A DNA stretch of 64,000 nucleotides from Peptostreptococcaceae bacterium. Lineage in GTDB: Bacteria; Bacillota; Clostridia; Peptostreptococcales; Filifactoraceae. The position numbers were made by a program, and so were the translations under genes. The stretch is taken from the NCBI GenBank assembly GCA_030532905.1, contig JAUNKE010000001.1, positions 8,601 through 72,600 of the forward strand. Direction: 5' to 3'. Every line of letters starts with the position of its first letter. Within the stretch, counting starts at the first letter, position 1. Of the stretch, positions 30,084 to 39,796 are shown one piece after another. Below the pieces are notes generated by a model that worked only from the letters and a program-made list of their open reading frames with translations, did not search any database and was not told the origin of the DNA.

Positions 30084-30920
30084 TTATTGAATCGTCGCGC
30101 CGTCAATAAGAGACAATCGGGCTTCTTCTACTATATTAGGATAAGCTTCCATTAAACTCTCGCACATTTTCAGTAATTCATCCTCTGTGCTTTTGGAAAC
30201 TTTTATAGTGTATCTTCCTATTGCTGTAGCTTTTCCAATAATTTTAGCATTCATCGATTTCACTACATTTTCAACTTGCTCCGACGAAATATTTTCTTTT
30301 GCATATATTACAATCCTATTGTTTATAAACTTCCTTCCCGTCCCATCTGATAAGTCTGATATTTCGTCCGGTTGAATATTAGGAGTTTGAAATCCCGAAT
30401 CAAAGTCTGGTCTTTCCCTCACATCAAAAGTTGCACTTTTACCGGTTGAATCAACCACCTTAAACACCACTTTGTTTTCTCCCGGCAGCAGTAGCACTCT
30501 CGCTGCTCCCAGCTTTCCTTTTTGTTGAACTCCTTTTTTCCCTGCAATATAAATAAATTCTTCGAAATCATCGTTGATGATATAGCTCACTTGCGTTATT
30601 GTTGCATTCTTGCTCGGCTTGGCGGTGTACTTCACATCAATGGCATTGTTTTCCACTTTACCGGTTGGAAATGGAGTGGACACAACGATGCTCGGATTTT
30701 TGCCGGCTTTCTCCTTTTTGTTTTTCTTATTCGAATTCTTCTTGTTGGAATTTGATTTTTTAACATGCTTCGCCAAAGGAACATTTTTCTCCGATATCTT
30801 TGGAATCAAAGTTCCCTCTTGAAAAATATCCACAGAATCTTTCCCTTCTGCAAAGGACATTCCGGAGCTGAACATCAAAAATGACAGCGCTAATGCAAAA
30901 AATCTTTTGTTATATTTCAT
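30084..30920 (-). CDS. Secreted protein of unknown function with a C-terminal subtilisin-propeptide (I9)-like region
   Basis: A signal peptide and a Lys/Asn-rich linker are present. The C-terminus (SSEQVENVVKSMNAKIIGK...YTIKVSKSTEDELLKMCESLMEAYPNIVEEA) is I9-like. Confidence 0.45.
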   Translation of the reverse strand: MKYNKRFFALALSFLMFSSGMSFAEGKDSVDIFQEGTLIPKISEKNVPLAKHVKKSNSNKKNSNKKNKKEKAGKNPSIVVSTPFPTGKVENNAIDVKYTAKPSKNATITQVSYIINDDFEEFIYIAGKKGVQQKGKLGAARVLLLPGENKVVFKVVDSTGKSATFDVRERPDFDSGFQTPNIQPDEISDLSDGTGRKFINNRIVIYAKENISSEQVENVVKSMNAKIIGKATAIGRYTIKVSKSTEDELLKMCESLMEAYPNIVEEARLSLIDGATIQ

Positions 30921-31007
30921 CTTCTACCCCCGTTCCAATTCTATATCTTTAAATATCATACCCAAAGTGATACAAAAATACATAATTTATTCAAAGACGA
31001 CTCAATT

Positions 31008-32375
31008 TTATTTTGTAAAGCATTTGATTTTGTTGATGCCGAGTCTTTGGAGCAACTGCGCCGCCTGCTCGTTCATCTCCTCATATTCCATCACGACCGG
31101 AATCCCGGGCGGATACGGTACGATGTCTTCGGCAATCACGAGACCGATGCTTTCGGAAACATCCACCACCGATATGCTTCGATTTTTGCAATCCTCCATT
31201 CGCTCCCGATTTACCTTTTCCATCTTCGGCAAAAAAATCATCGGCTTTAAGCTCGATTTTTTCCCATATTTTCGAATCGCATCCAAAATTGAATCCGTCA
31301 AATAGTCGATGTCCTCCTCGCTGTGCGCCGTACCGAGCATAAACAAAAGCGAATCATCCACCACCATCTCGCATTGAATTCGATATTCCCTGCGCAAGAT
31401 TTGAGCCGCCTCTTTGCCGAGCGGAGTTTTCACAAACAGCTTGCAAAAATCCTGCCCGAGCGCATTTTTATACACGAGCACATCCTCCGATTCGAGTTTT
31501 TCACAAGCTCGCTCATACAATTTTTTTAATCGCAGCAGCTCCGCTTCTCCACATTCTTCCATCATCGACACCGCCAACTCCGCCGACGCCATCAGCAAAT
31601 ACGACGGACTGGACGAAAGATAAAAACGCAAATTCTCCTCCACCTTCTCAATTTGCGCTTCGGACAAATTCTCGCCGATATGCAAAAGCGAAGTCTGTGT
31701 GAAAGCCGGCAAAGTTTTGTGCAAACTGTGGATGCAGATATCGCTGTGCAACACCGCCGAATCCGGCAATTCTTTTGAAAAAGCGAAACTCGCCCCATGC
31801 GCCGAATCCACAATCAACGGGATTTTTTTGCTCTGCAAATAATCATAAATGCTTTTCAAATCATAGGCTCTGCCGTAATAATTCGGATAGGTCAGCACCA
31901 CCGCGCGCACATCACTTGCTTGCTCGATTGCCGCGATGACATCCTGCAATTCAATATGCGAATCGACTCCGAACAATTCATCCGTTCGGGGATAAATATA
32001 GACGGCATCGAGCGATTTTTTGCGAATCAGATTCCGAATACTCTTGTGCGAATTCCTTCCCACGATGACAGTTTTCCCTTCCGGAATCAGCGCATCCATC
32101 GCAATATGAATTCCTGATGTACTCCCGTTCACCAAGAAATACGATTTTTTCGCCCCATAAATTTTGGCGATCCGCTCCAGCGATTCCAAGATAATGCCCA
32201 TCGGCTCAGCCAAATTATCCGTTCCGTCCACCTCCGTCACATCCAGCGCAAACAGATTTTGATACAATTTTTCATACTGCGCCGGCATCTTTCCGTAATG
32301 CCCCGGCATGTGAAAACGCAAAATCTTCTCTTTATTATATTTCATCAATCCGTCCAACAACGGCGTCTTCGTCAT
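31008..32375 (-). CDS. Orn/Lys/Arg decarboxylase (OKR_DC_1 family, PLP-dependent)
   Basis: The 455-aa ORF has the PLP lysine context SLHKTLPAFTQTS and a family-typical N-terminal region. Confidence 0.75.
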   Translation of the reverse strand: MTKTPLLDGLMKYNKEKILRFHMPGHYGKMPAQYEKLYQNLFALDVTEVDGTDNLAEPMGIILESLERIAKIYGAKKSYFLVNGSTSGIHIAMDALIPEGKTVIVGRNSHKSIRNLIRKKSLDAVYIYPRTDELFGVDSHIELQDVIAAIEQASDVRAVVLTYPNYYGRAYDLKSIYDYLQSKKIPLIVDSAHGASFAFSKELPDSAVLHSDICIHSLHKTLPAFTQTSLLHIGENLSEAQIEKVEENLRFYLSSSPSYLLMASAELAVSMMEECGEAELLRLKKLYERACEKLESEDVLVYKNALGQDFCKLFVKTPLGKEAAQILRREYRIQCEMVVDDSLLFMLGTAHSEEDIDYLTDSILDAIRKYGKKSSLKPMIFLPKMEKVNRERMEDCKNRSISVVDVSESIGLVIAEDIVPYPPGIPVVMEYEEMNEQAAQLLQRLGINKIKCFTK

Positions 32376-33349
32376 TTCCCGCTCCTATCTCCATCCAATT
32401 TTTTCATCACGCGATTCCTTTTGTCGAAACAAACCACCTCGTCCAAACCGAAAGATCGCACATAATCGCTCGCCATGTCAAAATTCATGCCGACATGCTC
32501 CGGAAAATGCCCATCGCTCGAAATCATAATCGGCAAATCATACTCTTTCACAAGATTCATAAATTTGGGATAAGGCGAGATTTCACGAATCGGATATCGA
32601 TAGCTCGTGCCCGTATTGACATCGACCACCATATTCTGCGCCTTGAAAATCTCCGCCGCCCGCTTGAGCAAAGGCGCGACCCGCTGAGAATCCGGCAAAT
32701 GACCGAACAACCGCAAATTAAACGGATGCCCGATAATATCATACAGCCCGCTGCTCACCACCTTCTCCATCTCCTCAACATAGGACTACCAAATGCTCAC
32801 CAAGTCGCCTTTGTCAAAATTGTCCTTGAGCACTTCAAAATCAAAACCCCATCCGCGCACAAAATGCACTGACACCATCCGATAATCCCAATCGTAGCCG
32901 CTCAAAATTTCCGCGACCTTTTTTTGATTTTGAAAATTACAAACCTCAATGCCCATCTTGACGGGATAACCCTTCGCTTTCAGATTTGTTATAAACTCCT
33001 GATACTTCGGCAACGAGTGGACAAATTTGCTCTTAGGATTGGCAAGCCACCGTTTTTGAAAATTGCCAATCGGCGAATCATCCAAAATCAAATCTTCATA
33101 ATACAGCTCCCGAAATTCCTCAAAAGCATGCGAATGCTCCGAAAATCCAATCTCCGACAAGCCGATTTTTTGCGCCTGCTCCAAAAAACGAAGCACATAC
33201 TCCTCATCATAATCGCCATATTCCAAATGCAAATGATAATCCGACCACATATCTCCTCCAAAAAATCTTTTTTGCGTCGTCAATCTATGATATACTGAAA
33301 CCATAACAAATTTAACCGCTCCATGCGAGTACAAGGAGAAGCTATGCAT
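32372..33349 (-). pseudogene. hisK: Histidinol-phosphatase (PHP family, HisK-like) interrupted by an in-frame TAG at 32786-32788
   Basis: The two ORF fragments are contiguous in one frame: ...KGDLVSIW-TAG-SYVEEMEKVVSSGLYDIIGHPFNL... PHP metal-binding His motifs (HLHLEYG, SEHSHA, GHP, SSDGH) span both halves. Confidence 0.6.
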
Positions 33350-33670
33350 TACAAAGTTCTATTTCGAATCGAAAAATACGATTTGCTCGACAAACTCAAA
33401 GCTAAAATCTACAATTACAATCGCTACTGCGAAGAGATGGGCGATACTGCCGAAATCCTTGTCGTATTTGCCGGCAATGTCGTTCAACATTTCAAAAATC
33501 AGAACCATGAGCTCACCGATATGGACATTCAAATCGCCCTCTGCCACAATGCACTCAGCGGCTCCGGGATGGAAGATATCTTCTACAAAAACATCACCAC
33601 CGTACGCGCCGGCATCGGAGAAATCATCAAACGCAAATCCGAAGGCTATATTGAATACACCATCGAATAA
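33344..33670 (+). CDS. DsrE/YchN-like family small protein
   Basis: The 108-aa ORF has an RBS (AAGGAG) before the ATG at 33344. The Cys-containing ALCHNAL motif resembles the DsrE/F fold. Confidence 0.45.
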   Translation: MHYKVLFRIEKYDLLDKLKAKIYNYNRYCEEMGDTAEILVVFAGNVVQHFKNQNHELTDMDIQIALCHNALSGSGMEDIFYKNITTVRAGIGEIIKRKSEGYIEYTIE

Positions 33671-33676
33671 AAATCG

Positions 33677-33704
33677 CCTTTTGCCCTGTGCAAAAGGTTT
33701 TTTT
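33677..33704 (+). terminator. Rho-independent terminator
   Basis: A ccttttgc-cctgt-gcaaaagg stem is followed by TTTTTTT. Confidence 0.7.
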
Positions 33705-34034
33705 ATGCCGAAACACTCTTCTTTCGCCACCAATTTTTCGCTCGATCCATCATCGCCCGATTGTATGCCACTTCCTTTTCAAAACTCCTACTTTCTCTAT
33801 TCTACACTTTGTGCAGGCGGATTGCAAGACGGCGCCTCAACATCACCGTTCCATCCTTATAAAGAAAGAAACACATATCCGAACGCTCGCTCAAAATCGT
33901 ATTGAAATCCGAACCCCCAATACAAGTCTATCAAGCACAAACATTGAACAAAATTTCAAAAAATGCTATAATTCTATTGAGAAGAGAACGCGGATAAAAA
34001 TCCATATAGAAGAAAAAATTCGGAAGGTAAGATT

Positions 34035-34856
34035 ATGAAAAGAAAATTGACAGCAACATTCGCTTTGGCAATTTCAATGATGCTCGCCATGACCGCTTGC
34101 AGCAAAGCGCCGGAGCAGGAAAAATCCCAAAACGATAATCCAAGCGTTACCGAAACGGATAAAGACAACGCAAAATCCGATACAGAATCCGAGGATATCT
34201 TGGACAAAAAAGAATTTGAAAAAAATTTCAACGAACAGAACCAAACGCTTCAAAATGTTCACTTTCAGTTTGACGGCGACTATCTGTTCTTCGGAACACA
34301 ATCCTATGTAAAACTCGACAGTCTGTATTTTTACGACCCGCAAACTTTAGAAAACACCGCTTACTATGTAAAGCTCCACACAAAAGACCCGAAAAAAGAG
34401 AACTCCGGCGAGACCATCCACATCAGTCCCGGCGGGCATTATGTAAAATGGGAAGGCGAAAAGGACTGGACGAAGGGAACATCTGAAGGCGATTTGATTG
34501 ACTATCACGGTTTCTCAAATATTTTACAAAAAATCATGCGAGAAGACCCCTACGAACTGAAAAAAACCGAATCCGGATACGAAGTCCTCGTCAATGACAA
34601 AAATTTTGACCTCCTCGGCACTTTTAAGGGCGAATTGGATTTTTGGCTGAAAGGAATCGACCAAACGGAAGTAGATAAAGAAGTCATTTTCTTAATCGAC
34701 GAAGAAACTTTCTACATTAAGGAAATTTCCGTCGATATGAACCATCAGGCAAATGATGTTAAAACCATAAAGACACATACAAAAATAATTGCAACCGAGC
34801 ATAACCAAGTCGATTTGAAAATGCTCGAAAAAATCTATGCGGAGGCGGAACAATAA
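34035..34856 (+). CDS. Lipoprotein of unknown function
   Basis: A lipobox (LAMTAC) follows the signal peptide. The mature protein is 273 aa. Confidence 0.55.
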   Translation: MKRKLTATFALAISMMLAMTACSKAPEQEKSQNDNPSVTETDKDNAKSDTESEDILDKKEFEKNFNEQNQTLQNVHFQFDGDYLFFGTQSYVKLDSLYFYDPQTLENTAYYVKLHTKDPKKENSGETIHISPGGHYVKWEGEKDWTKGTSEGDLIDYHGFSNILQKIMREDPYELKKTESGYEVLVNDKNFDLLGTFKGELDFWLKGIDQTEVDKEVIFLIDEETFYIKEISVDMNHQANDVKTIKTHTKIIATEHNQVDLKMLEKIYAEAEQ

Positions 34857-34943
34857 AGGAAGTCGTTTGAATCTTGGAAAAACCTTGTTCACCATTCTTA
34901 AAAGAGATTCCGATGAGAATCGACGAAAAGAAAGGACGAAAAG

Positions 34944-36101
34944 ATGAAGAAAAGAATCAGTACAACGAATGGAAAAACCCAAAAAGCGCTTGCGCTGTTG
35001 TCGGCAATCATGCTGTTGATGCTTGCCGCCTGCGCGCCGAATCAGCAGAGCAGCGCCGATACCAAAATCACATCCGAAGTCGATGCGATGAGTATCGAGA
35101 TATTCAACGCCGTTTTTGAAAGTCATGAAAAAGAAAACAATCTCGTGTTGTCTCCGCTCTCGATTCAGCGACTGCTCGACTTGATGGCATTGGCAACCGA
35201 CGAGCGAGCGGATTTGAAGACGCTGTCCGTCTATGACGAAAATCATTTGGAAAATTTGAATCTCGCGAACAGCAAGATGGAAAGTCTGATTTTGATTAAC
35301 AAAGCCATAAGCGATACCAAGCCGGAGCTTTCTTTCAAAAATATTAAAATTACGGAATTTCCAAAACAGGCAACCAAAGAAAAGATCAATCTTCAAAAAA
35401 GAGTGCTCGACGAAGTGCTCAACGAGGAAAGCATCAGCGCCGAATCCGTCTTGGTGCTGCTCGATGCGATTCAATATTATGCAGAATGGACGGAGCCGTT
35501 CGACACCGCTTTGACCGCCGATGCGGATTTTACAACCTTTGAAAAGAAAAAAATATCCGTACCGACCATGTCCAAAAAATTCGACAGCCTTAACTATTGG
35601 ACGGATGATGAAAAAGAAATCGCTCAGCTTGACGGCAAAAACGACGCCAAAGTCTATTTCATCAAACCGAAAAAAGACATTGAAAAATTAGACCTTGCCA
35701 AAGCCGTCAGCGAATTCAAAGAGAACGCCAACAATGGCGAAGTGCTGTTCAAGATGCCGAAAATCGAGTACAAACTGACGAGCGACCTCAAAGAAATGTT
35801 TGAAAAAATCGGTCTCGGCAAGATGCTTGTCAACTACGAGCTTGAAAAACTGCTGCCGGGCGTTCCGCTTAAAATCACCTCGGCAACGCAGACCGCGACA
35901 CTCAAAATCGACGAAAAAGGTGCGCGCGCCAAAGCCGTCACCGAAATTCAAAACGAAGCCGCTTCCGCACTGGACGAGCCGACCGAAATCAAGATGGACA
36001 GCCCATACTACATCGTCATGACCGATGTGGAAAAAAATACGGGAGAAAGCATCATCACTTTCGTTTGCTACATCGCCGACCCGAGTCAAAAAGAAAAATA
36101 G
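34944..36101 (+). CDS. Serpin-family protein (lipoprotein form)
   Basis: It has a lipobox (LAACAP), an N-terminal serpin motif (NLVLSPLSIQRLLDLMALA), a hinge/RCL-like segment (KGARAKAVTEIQNEAASA), and a C-terminal MDSPYYIVMTD motif similar to the serpin s5B region. Confidence 0.6.
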   Translation: MKKRISTTNGKTQKALALLSAIMLLMLAACAPNQQSSADTKITSEVDAMSIEIFNAVFESHEKENNLVLSPLSIQRLLDLMALATDERADLKTLSVYDENHLENLNLANSKMESLILINKAISDTKPELSFKNIKITEFPKQATKEKINLQKRVLDEVLNEESISAESVLVLLDAIQYYAEWTEPFDTALTADADFTTFEKKKISVPTMSKKFDSLNYWTDDEKEIAQLDGKNDAKVYFIKPKKDIEKLDLAKAVSEFKENANNGEVLFKMPKIEYKLTSDLKEMFEKIGLGKMLVNYELEKLLPGVPLKITSATQTATLKIDEKGARAKAVTEIQNEAASALDEPTEIKMDSPYYIVMTDVEKNTGESIITFVCYIADPSQKEK

Positions 36102-36132
36102 CGATAGAAATTCAACGAAATGACCAAAAAAA

Positions 36133-36288
36133 TTTCCGTTCCGATGGGACGGCAAAGCGGTGGGGTTCTAGACCTAACCGGATTTTCAAGCAAAGCGATG
36201 AAAATCTTTGGTAGGTCACATGCATGGGTTGACGAGATATACAATGACCGCAGGGAGATTGTATGTCCGTAACCTACTGCCACCGTTC
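36133..36288 (+). ncRNA. Structured-RNA-like repeat element, copy 1 (unknown family), in the 3' UTR of the serpin gene
   Basis: The 156-nt segment is about 90% identical to 42166-42327. It contains CCGTTCC-GAT-GGGACGG, GATTTTCA/TGAAAATC and ATACAAT/ATTGTAT hairpins and a GGTAGGT/ACCTAC closing pair. Confidence 0.5.
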
Positions 36289-36304
36289 TTTATAATTCAA
36301 AAAG

Positions 36305-36346
36305 CCGACCCCCTCATTAGAACAAAACTGAGGAGGTCGGTTTTTT
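36305..36346. terminator. Bidirectional terminator between the serpin gene and selO
   Basis: The sequence ccgaccccctca...tgaggaggtcgg TTTTTT forms a stem with a T-run. Confidence 0.7.
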
Positions 36347-37859
36347 AAGTTCCGCAGAAAGTGCGATAGCCCGCCATCGAATACTTCGGCAATTCCTGAT
36401 ATTCCCTATCCTTTTCGTCATAGCGATAAGGTGCTTGTAAAACGCTCAACAATTCCCGAAACGGATTCAACTCTCCTTCGAGCGCCTTTTGCAAAACCTC
36501 TTCCACCCGAAAATTGCGCGGTATCACAAAAGGATTGGCTTCCTGCATCCGCCGAGCGATTTCCGATTGTAACATCACGGACGCCGTTTCTTTGTCTTCC
36601 ATCTTCTGATTTTCCAAACGCGCCGACCATTTTTGATGCCATCGCTCAAAATTCTCATCGGCAAAGAGTCGCTGCGTGCCTTCCAAATAAGCACCGTCAC
36701 GCTCCATCCTCTCCAGCGTCAAACGCACAAAAGTATTTGTAAAATCCGCTTCATTTTCGAGCATCAGCGAAAGCAATTCGTCAATCAAAGTCGCATCCTC
36801 CGCTTTTTTGTCGAAAATCCCAAGCTTTTGACAGATTCCGTCAAACCAAAATTCTTCATAGAGCGGCTTAAACTTCATAATTTCCTCATTGGCAATTAAG
36901 AGCGCCTCTTCCTCATTTGCCGACAACAACGGCAGCAAAGTTTCCGCAAATCTCGCCAAATTCCACTGCGCAATCGGCGGCTGATTCTCATAGCGATATC
37001 TGCCATGCCTGTCAATCGAGCTGAACACCGTCTTCGGATTGTACGCATCCATAAAAGCGCAAGGTCCGTAATCAATCGTCTCGCCCGAAATCACCATATT
37101 GTCGGTATTCATCACCCCATGAATGAATCCGACCGACTGCCATTTTGCAATCAGCGACGCCTGATTCTCGATGACCGCTCTTAAAAACAGACGATATTTT
37201 TCATCTTCCTTTGCTTCCGCCAAATGCGAAAAATGTCGCAAAATCGTATAATCGGCAAGCGCACGAAGATTCGAAGGCTCCAGCGATGCCGCAAACTGAA
37301 AAGTTCCGACCCGAATATGACTGCTCGCCACCCGCGTCAGCACCGCCCCCGGCAAAATGCCCTCCCGACGAATGTCCTCGCCCGTAGTAACCACCGCAAG
37401 ACTTCGCGTGCTCGGAATCCCGAAAGCCGCCATCGCCTCGCTGATTAAATACTCCCGAAGCATCGGTGCAAGCGAAGCCCGACCGTCGCCACCGCGCGAA
37501 TACACCGTTCTGCCGCTGCCCTTGAGCTGCACATCCACCCGCTCGCCCGAGGACAACACTTTTTCGCCGAGCAAAATCGCCCGACCGTCGCCGAGCATAT
37601 TCAAATAACCGTATTGATGACCCGCATAAGCTTGCGCAATCGGCGATGTGCCCGCCAAAAACTCATTCCCCGAAAAAATTCCCGCCTTCTCCACATCCGA
37701 TAAACCGATTGAATCCGGAAATCCCAAATCTTTCGCCAGCTTTTCATTCCACAAAACCAAATTCGGCTCCGGAAAATTCGATTTCTTGGCATAGGTGAAA
37801 AATTCCTTCGGCAAATTTTCATAGCTGTTTTCCAAATCCCAAACGATTTGTTTTTCCAT
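36345..37859 (-). CDS. selO: Protein adenylyltransferase SelO/YdiU (UPF0061) homolog. It is Cys-type, with a normal TAA stop.
   Basis: The 504-aa ORF is a full-length YdiU family match (HQYGYLNMLGDGRAILLGE; DYGPCAFMD). The C-terminus is ...TFCGT. Confidence 0.75.
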   Translation of the reverse strand: MEKQIVWDLENSYENLPKEFFTYAKKSNFPEPNLVLWNEKLAKDLGFPDSIGLSDVEKAGIFSGNEFLAGTSPIAQAYAGHQYGYLNMLGDGRAILLGEKVLSSGERVDVQLKGSGRTVYSRGGDGRASLAPMLREYLISEAMAAFGIPSTRSLAVVTTGEDIRREGILPGAVLTRVASSHIRVGTFQFAASLEPSNLRALADYTILRHFSHLAEAKEDEKYRLFLRAVIENQASLIAKWQSVGFIHGVMNTDNMVISGETIDYGPCAFMDAYNPKTVFSSIDRHGRYRYENQPPIAQWNLARFAETLLPLLSANEEEALLIANEEIMKFKPLYEEFWFDGICQKLGIFDKKAEDATLIDELLSLMLENEADFTNTFVRLTLERMERDGAYLEGTQRLFADENFERWHQKWSARLENQKMEDKETASVMLQSEIARRMQEANPFVIPRNFRVEEVLQKALEGELNPFRELLSVLQAPYRYDEKDREYQELPKYSMAGYRTFCGT

Positions 37860-37935
37860 ATTTTCCTCTTTTCAAATGAAATGATGGCAAAAAAGGCATG
37901 GCAATCGCCACACCTTCCATCACTCAAAAATTCGT

Positions 37936-39381
37936 TTAGTACGCTCTTGCAAAATATGCCAAACGCTTCGCCGGCTTTCCGCAATTCACGCATACATCCG
38001 ATACCTGCTCGGTATCATGGAATGGGAAACAACGAAGAGTCGCCGCGGTTTCCGCCTTGATTTGCTCCTCACATTCCTCACATTCACAATGCATCGCACG
38101 AATGAAGCCTGGATTTTCGACCAAAGCTTTTTTGAACTCATCCATATTTTTCACCGTCGTCGTTCTCGACTCCCGATGCGCCTTCGCTTTTTCAAACAGA
38201 TTCTTCTGAATCTCCTCCATCAGATTGCCCAAATAATCGGCAAGACCGTCGATGGACACCTGCTGTTTTTCCAAAGTGTCGCGACGCACAATCGTCACCT
38301 GATTATTCTCCAAATCACGAGGTCCGACCTCAATTCGCGCAGGAATTCCGAGCATTTCCGCTTCGTTGAACTTATAGCCCGGCGATTTCTCGCTGCTGTC
38401 ATCCACATCGACACGCAAAGTTTGTTTCAATTCCGCATAGAGCTCATTCACCTTGTCGAGCACACCTTCCTTGTGCTGCTGAATCGGAATGATACGCACT
38501 TGAGTCGGTGCCATTCTCGGCGGAATCACCAAACCGCGATTGTCCGAGTGAACCATAATCAGACCGCCGATAAGACGAGTCGAAATTCCCCACGATGTAT
38601 GATACGGATGGCTCAGCCCGCCGTTTCTGTCCTGATATTCAATGCCGAAAGCCTTGGTAAAATGCTGCGCCAAAAAATGACTCGTTCCCGATTGAAGCGC
38701 CTTGCCGTCATGCATCAAAGCCTCAATCGTATAAGTGTCCTGCGCTCCCGCAAAACGCTCGCGAATCGACTTTTGCCCCTTCACCACCGGCATCGCCATC
38801 AGCTCCTGCGCCACTTCCTCATAGATGTCGAGCATCTGCAAAGTTTCCTTCACCGCCTCTTCTTCCGTCTCGTGAAGCGTGTGACCCTCCTGCCACAAAA
38901 ACTCCGATGTTCTCAAGAAAGGACGCGTCGATTTCTCCCAGCGCACCACCGAGCACCACTGATTATATAGATACGGAAGGTCACGATACGAGCGCAACCA
39001 CTTTTTATACATCTCACAAATAATCGTCTCCGAAGTCGGACGCACGACCAAACGCTCCGCCAAACGCTCACGACCCGCATGCGTTACCCATGCCACTTCC
39101 GGCGCAAAACCTTCGACATGCTCCGCCTCTTTCATCAACAAATTTTCTGGAATCAGCAAAGGGAAATAGCAATTCTTGTGCCCCGTCTCTTTAAATCGTC
39201 TGTCCGCAAAACTTTGGATGCTCTCCCAAAGCGCATAGCCATACGGTTTGATTACCATAAAGCCCTTGACCGGTGAATAATCCACAAGATCCGCCTTCGT
39301 AATGATATCCGTGTACCATTGCGCAAAGTCATCCTCCATATTCGTGATTTCTTTTACAAATTGTTGTTCTTTCTTCGCCAT
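37936..39381 (-). CDS. proS: Prolyl-tRNA synthetase (archaeal/eukaryote-like type)
   Basis: Class II motifs, a C-terminal Zn-binding CxxC...CxxC region, and an RBS (GGAGGA) before the ATG at 39381. Confidence 0.85.
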   Translation of the reverse strand: MAKKEQQFVKEITNMEDDFAQWYTDIITKADLVDYSPVKGFMVIKPYGYALWESIQSFADRRFKETGHKNCYFPLLIPENLLMKEAEHVEGFAPEVAWVTHAGRERLAERLVVRPTSETIICEMYKKWLRSYRDLPYLYNQWCSVVRWEKSTRPFLRTSEFLWQEGHTLHETEEEAVKETLQMLDIYEEVAQELMAMPVVKGQKSIRERFAGAQDTYTIEALMHDGKALQSGTSHFLAQHFTKAFGIEYQDRNGGLSHPYHTSWGISTRLIGGLIMVHSDNRGLVIPPRMAPTQVRIIPIQQHKEGVLDKVNELYAELKQTLRVDVDDSSEKSPGYKFNEAEMLGIPARIEVGPRDLENNQVTIVRRDTLEKQQVSIDGLADYLGNLMEEIQKNLFEKAKAHRESRTTTVKNMDEFKKALVENPGFIRAMHCECEECEEQIKAETAATLRCFPFHDTEQVSDVCVNCGKPAKRLAYFARAY

Positions 39382-39393
39382 ACAATCCTCCAT

Positions 39394-39612
39394 CTTCGAG
39401 CACCGAAATTAAAAAATCCTCCCACCTCAATAGAGGCGAAAGGATCGCGGTACCACTCTAATTATTCCAAAGGAATATCTCAACAGGCTATAACGCGCCC
39501 AACCGTGATTGCTCATCGCTCCGAAGCAGGACATATTTTTTCAAACAAAAGGCTCTCAGCAACTCCTTCTCTCTGTGTATTTTCCAAAATACGATTCTTC
39601 ATCCACGCATAT
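39394..39612 (-). promoter_or_regulatory. T-box riboswitch leader of proS
   Basis: The minus strand carries the T-box consensus AATTAGAGTGGTACCGCGATCC (plus 39444-39465) followed by a terminator hairpin and T-run. A TATAAT is present at 39622-39627. Confidence 0.8.
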
Positions 39613-39796
39613 TATTTCTAAATTATAAACAAAAATCGGATTTTTGTCCATATCTTTTTTCAATTTCAAAAAATTTCGTATAGCGTTACAAAAAAGTTAT
39701 AAACAACAACAAAAATACATTGACATTTTACAGATATTTTTATAGAATAGCAATCGTGTGCTTCAACACGCATAAAAAATAGAGTAGGAAAGAAAT

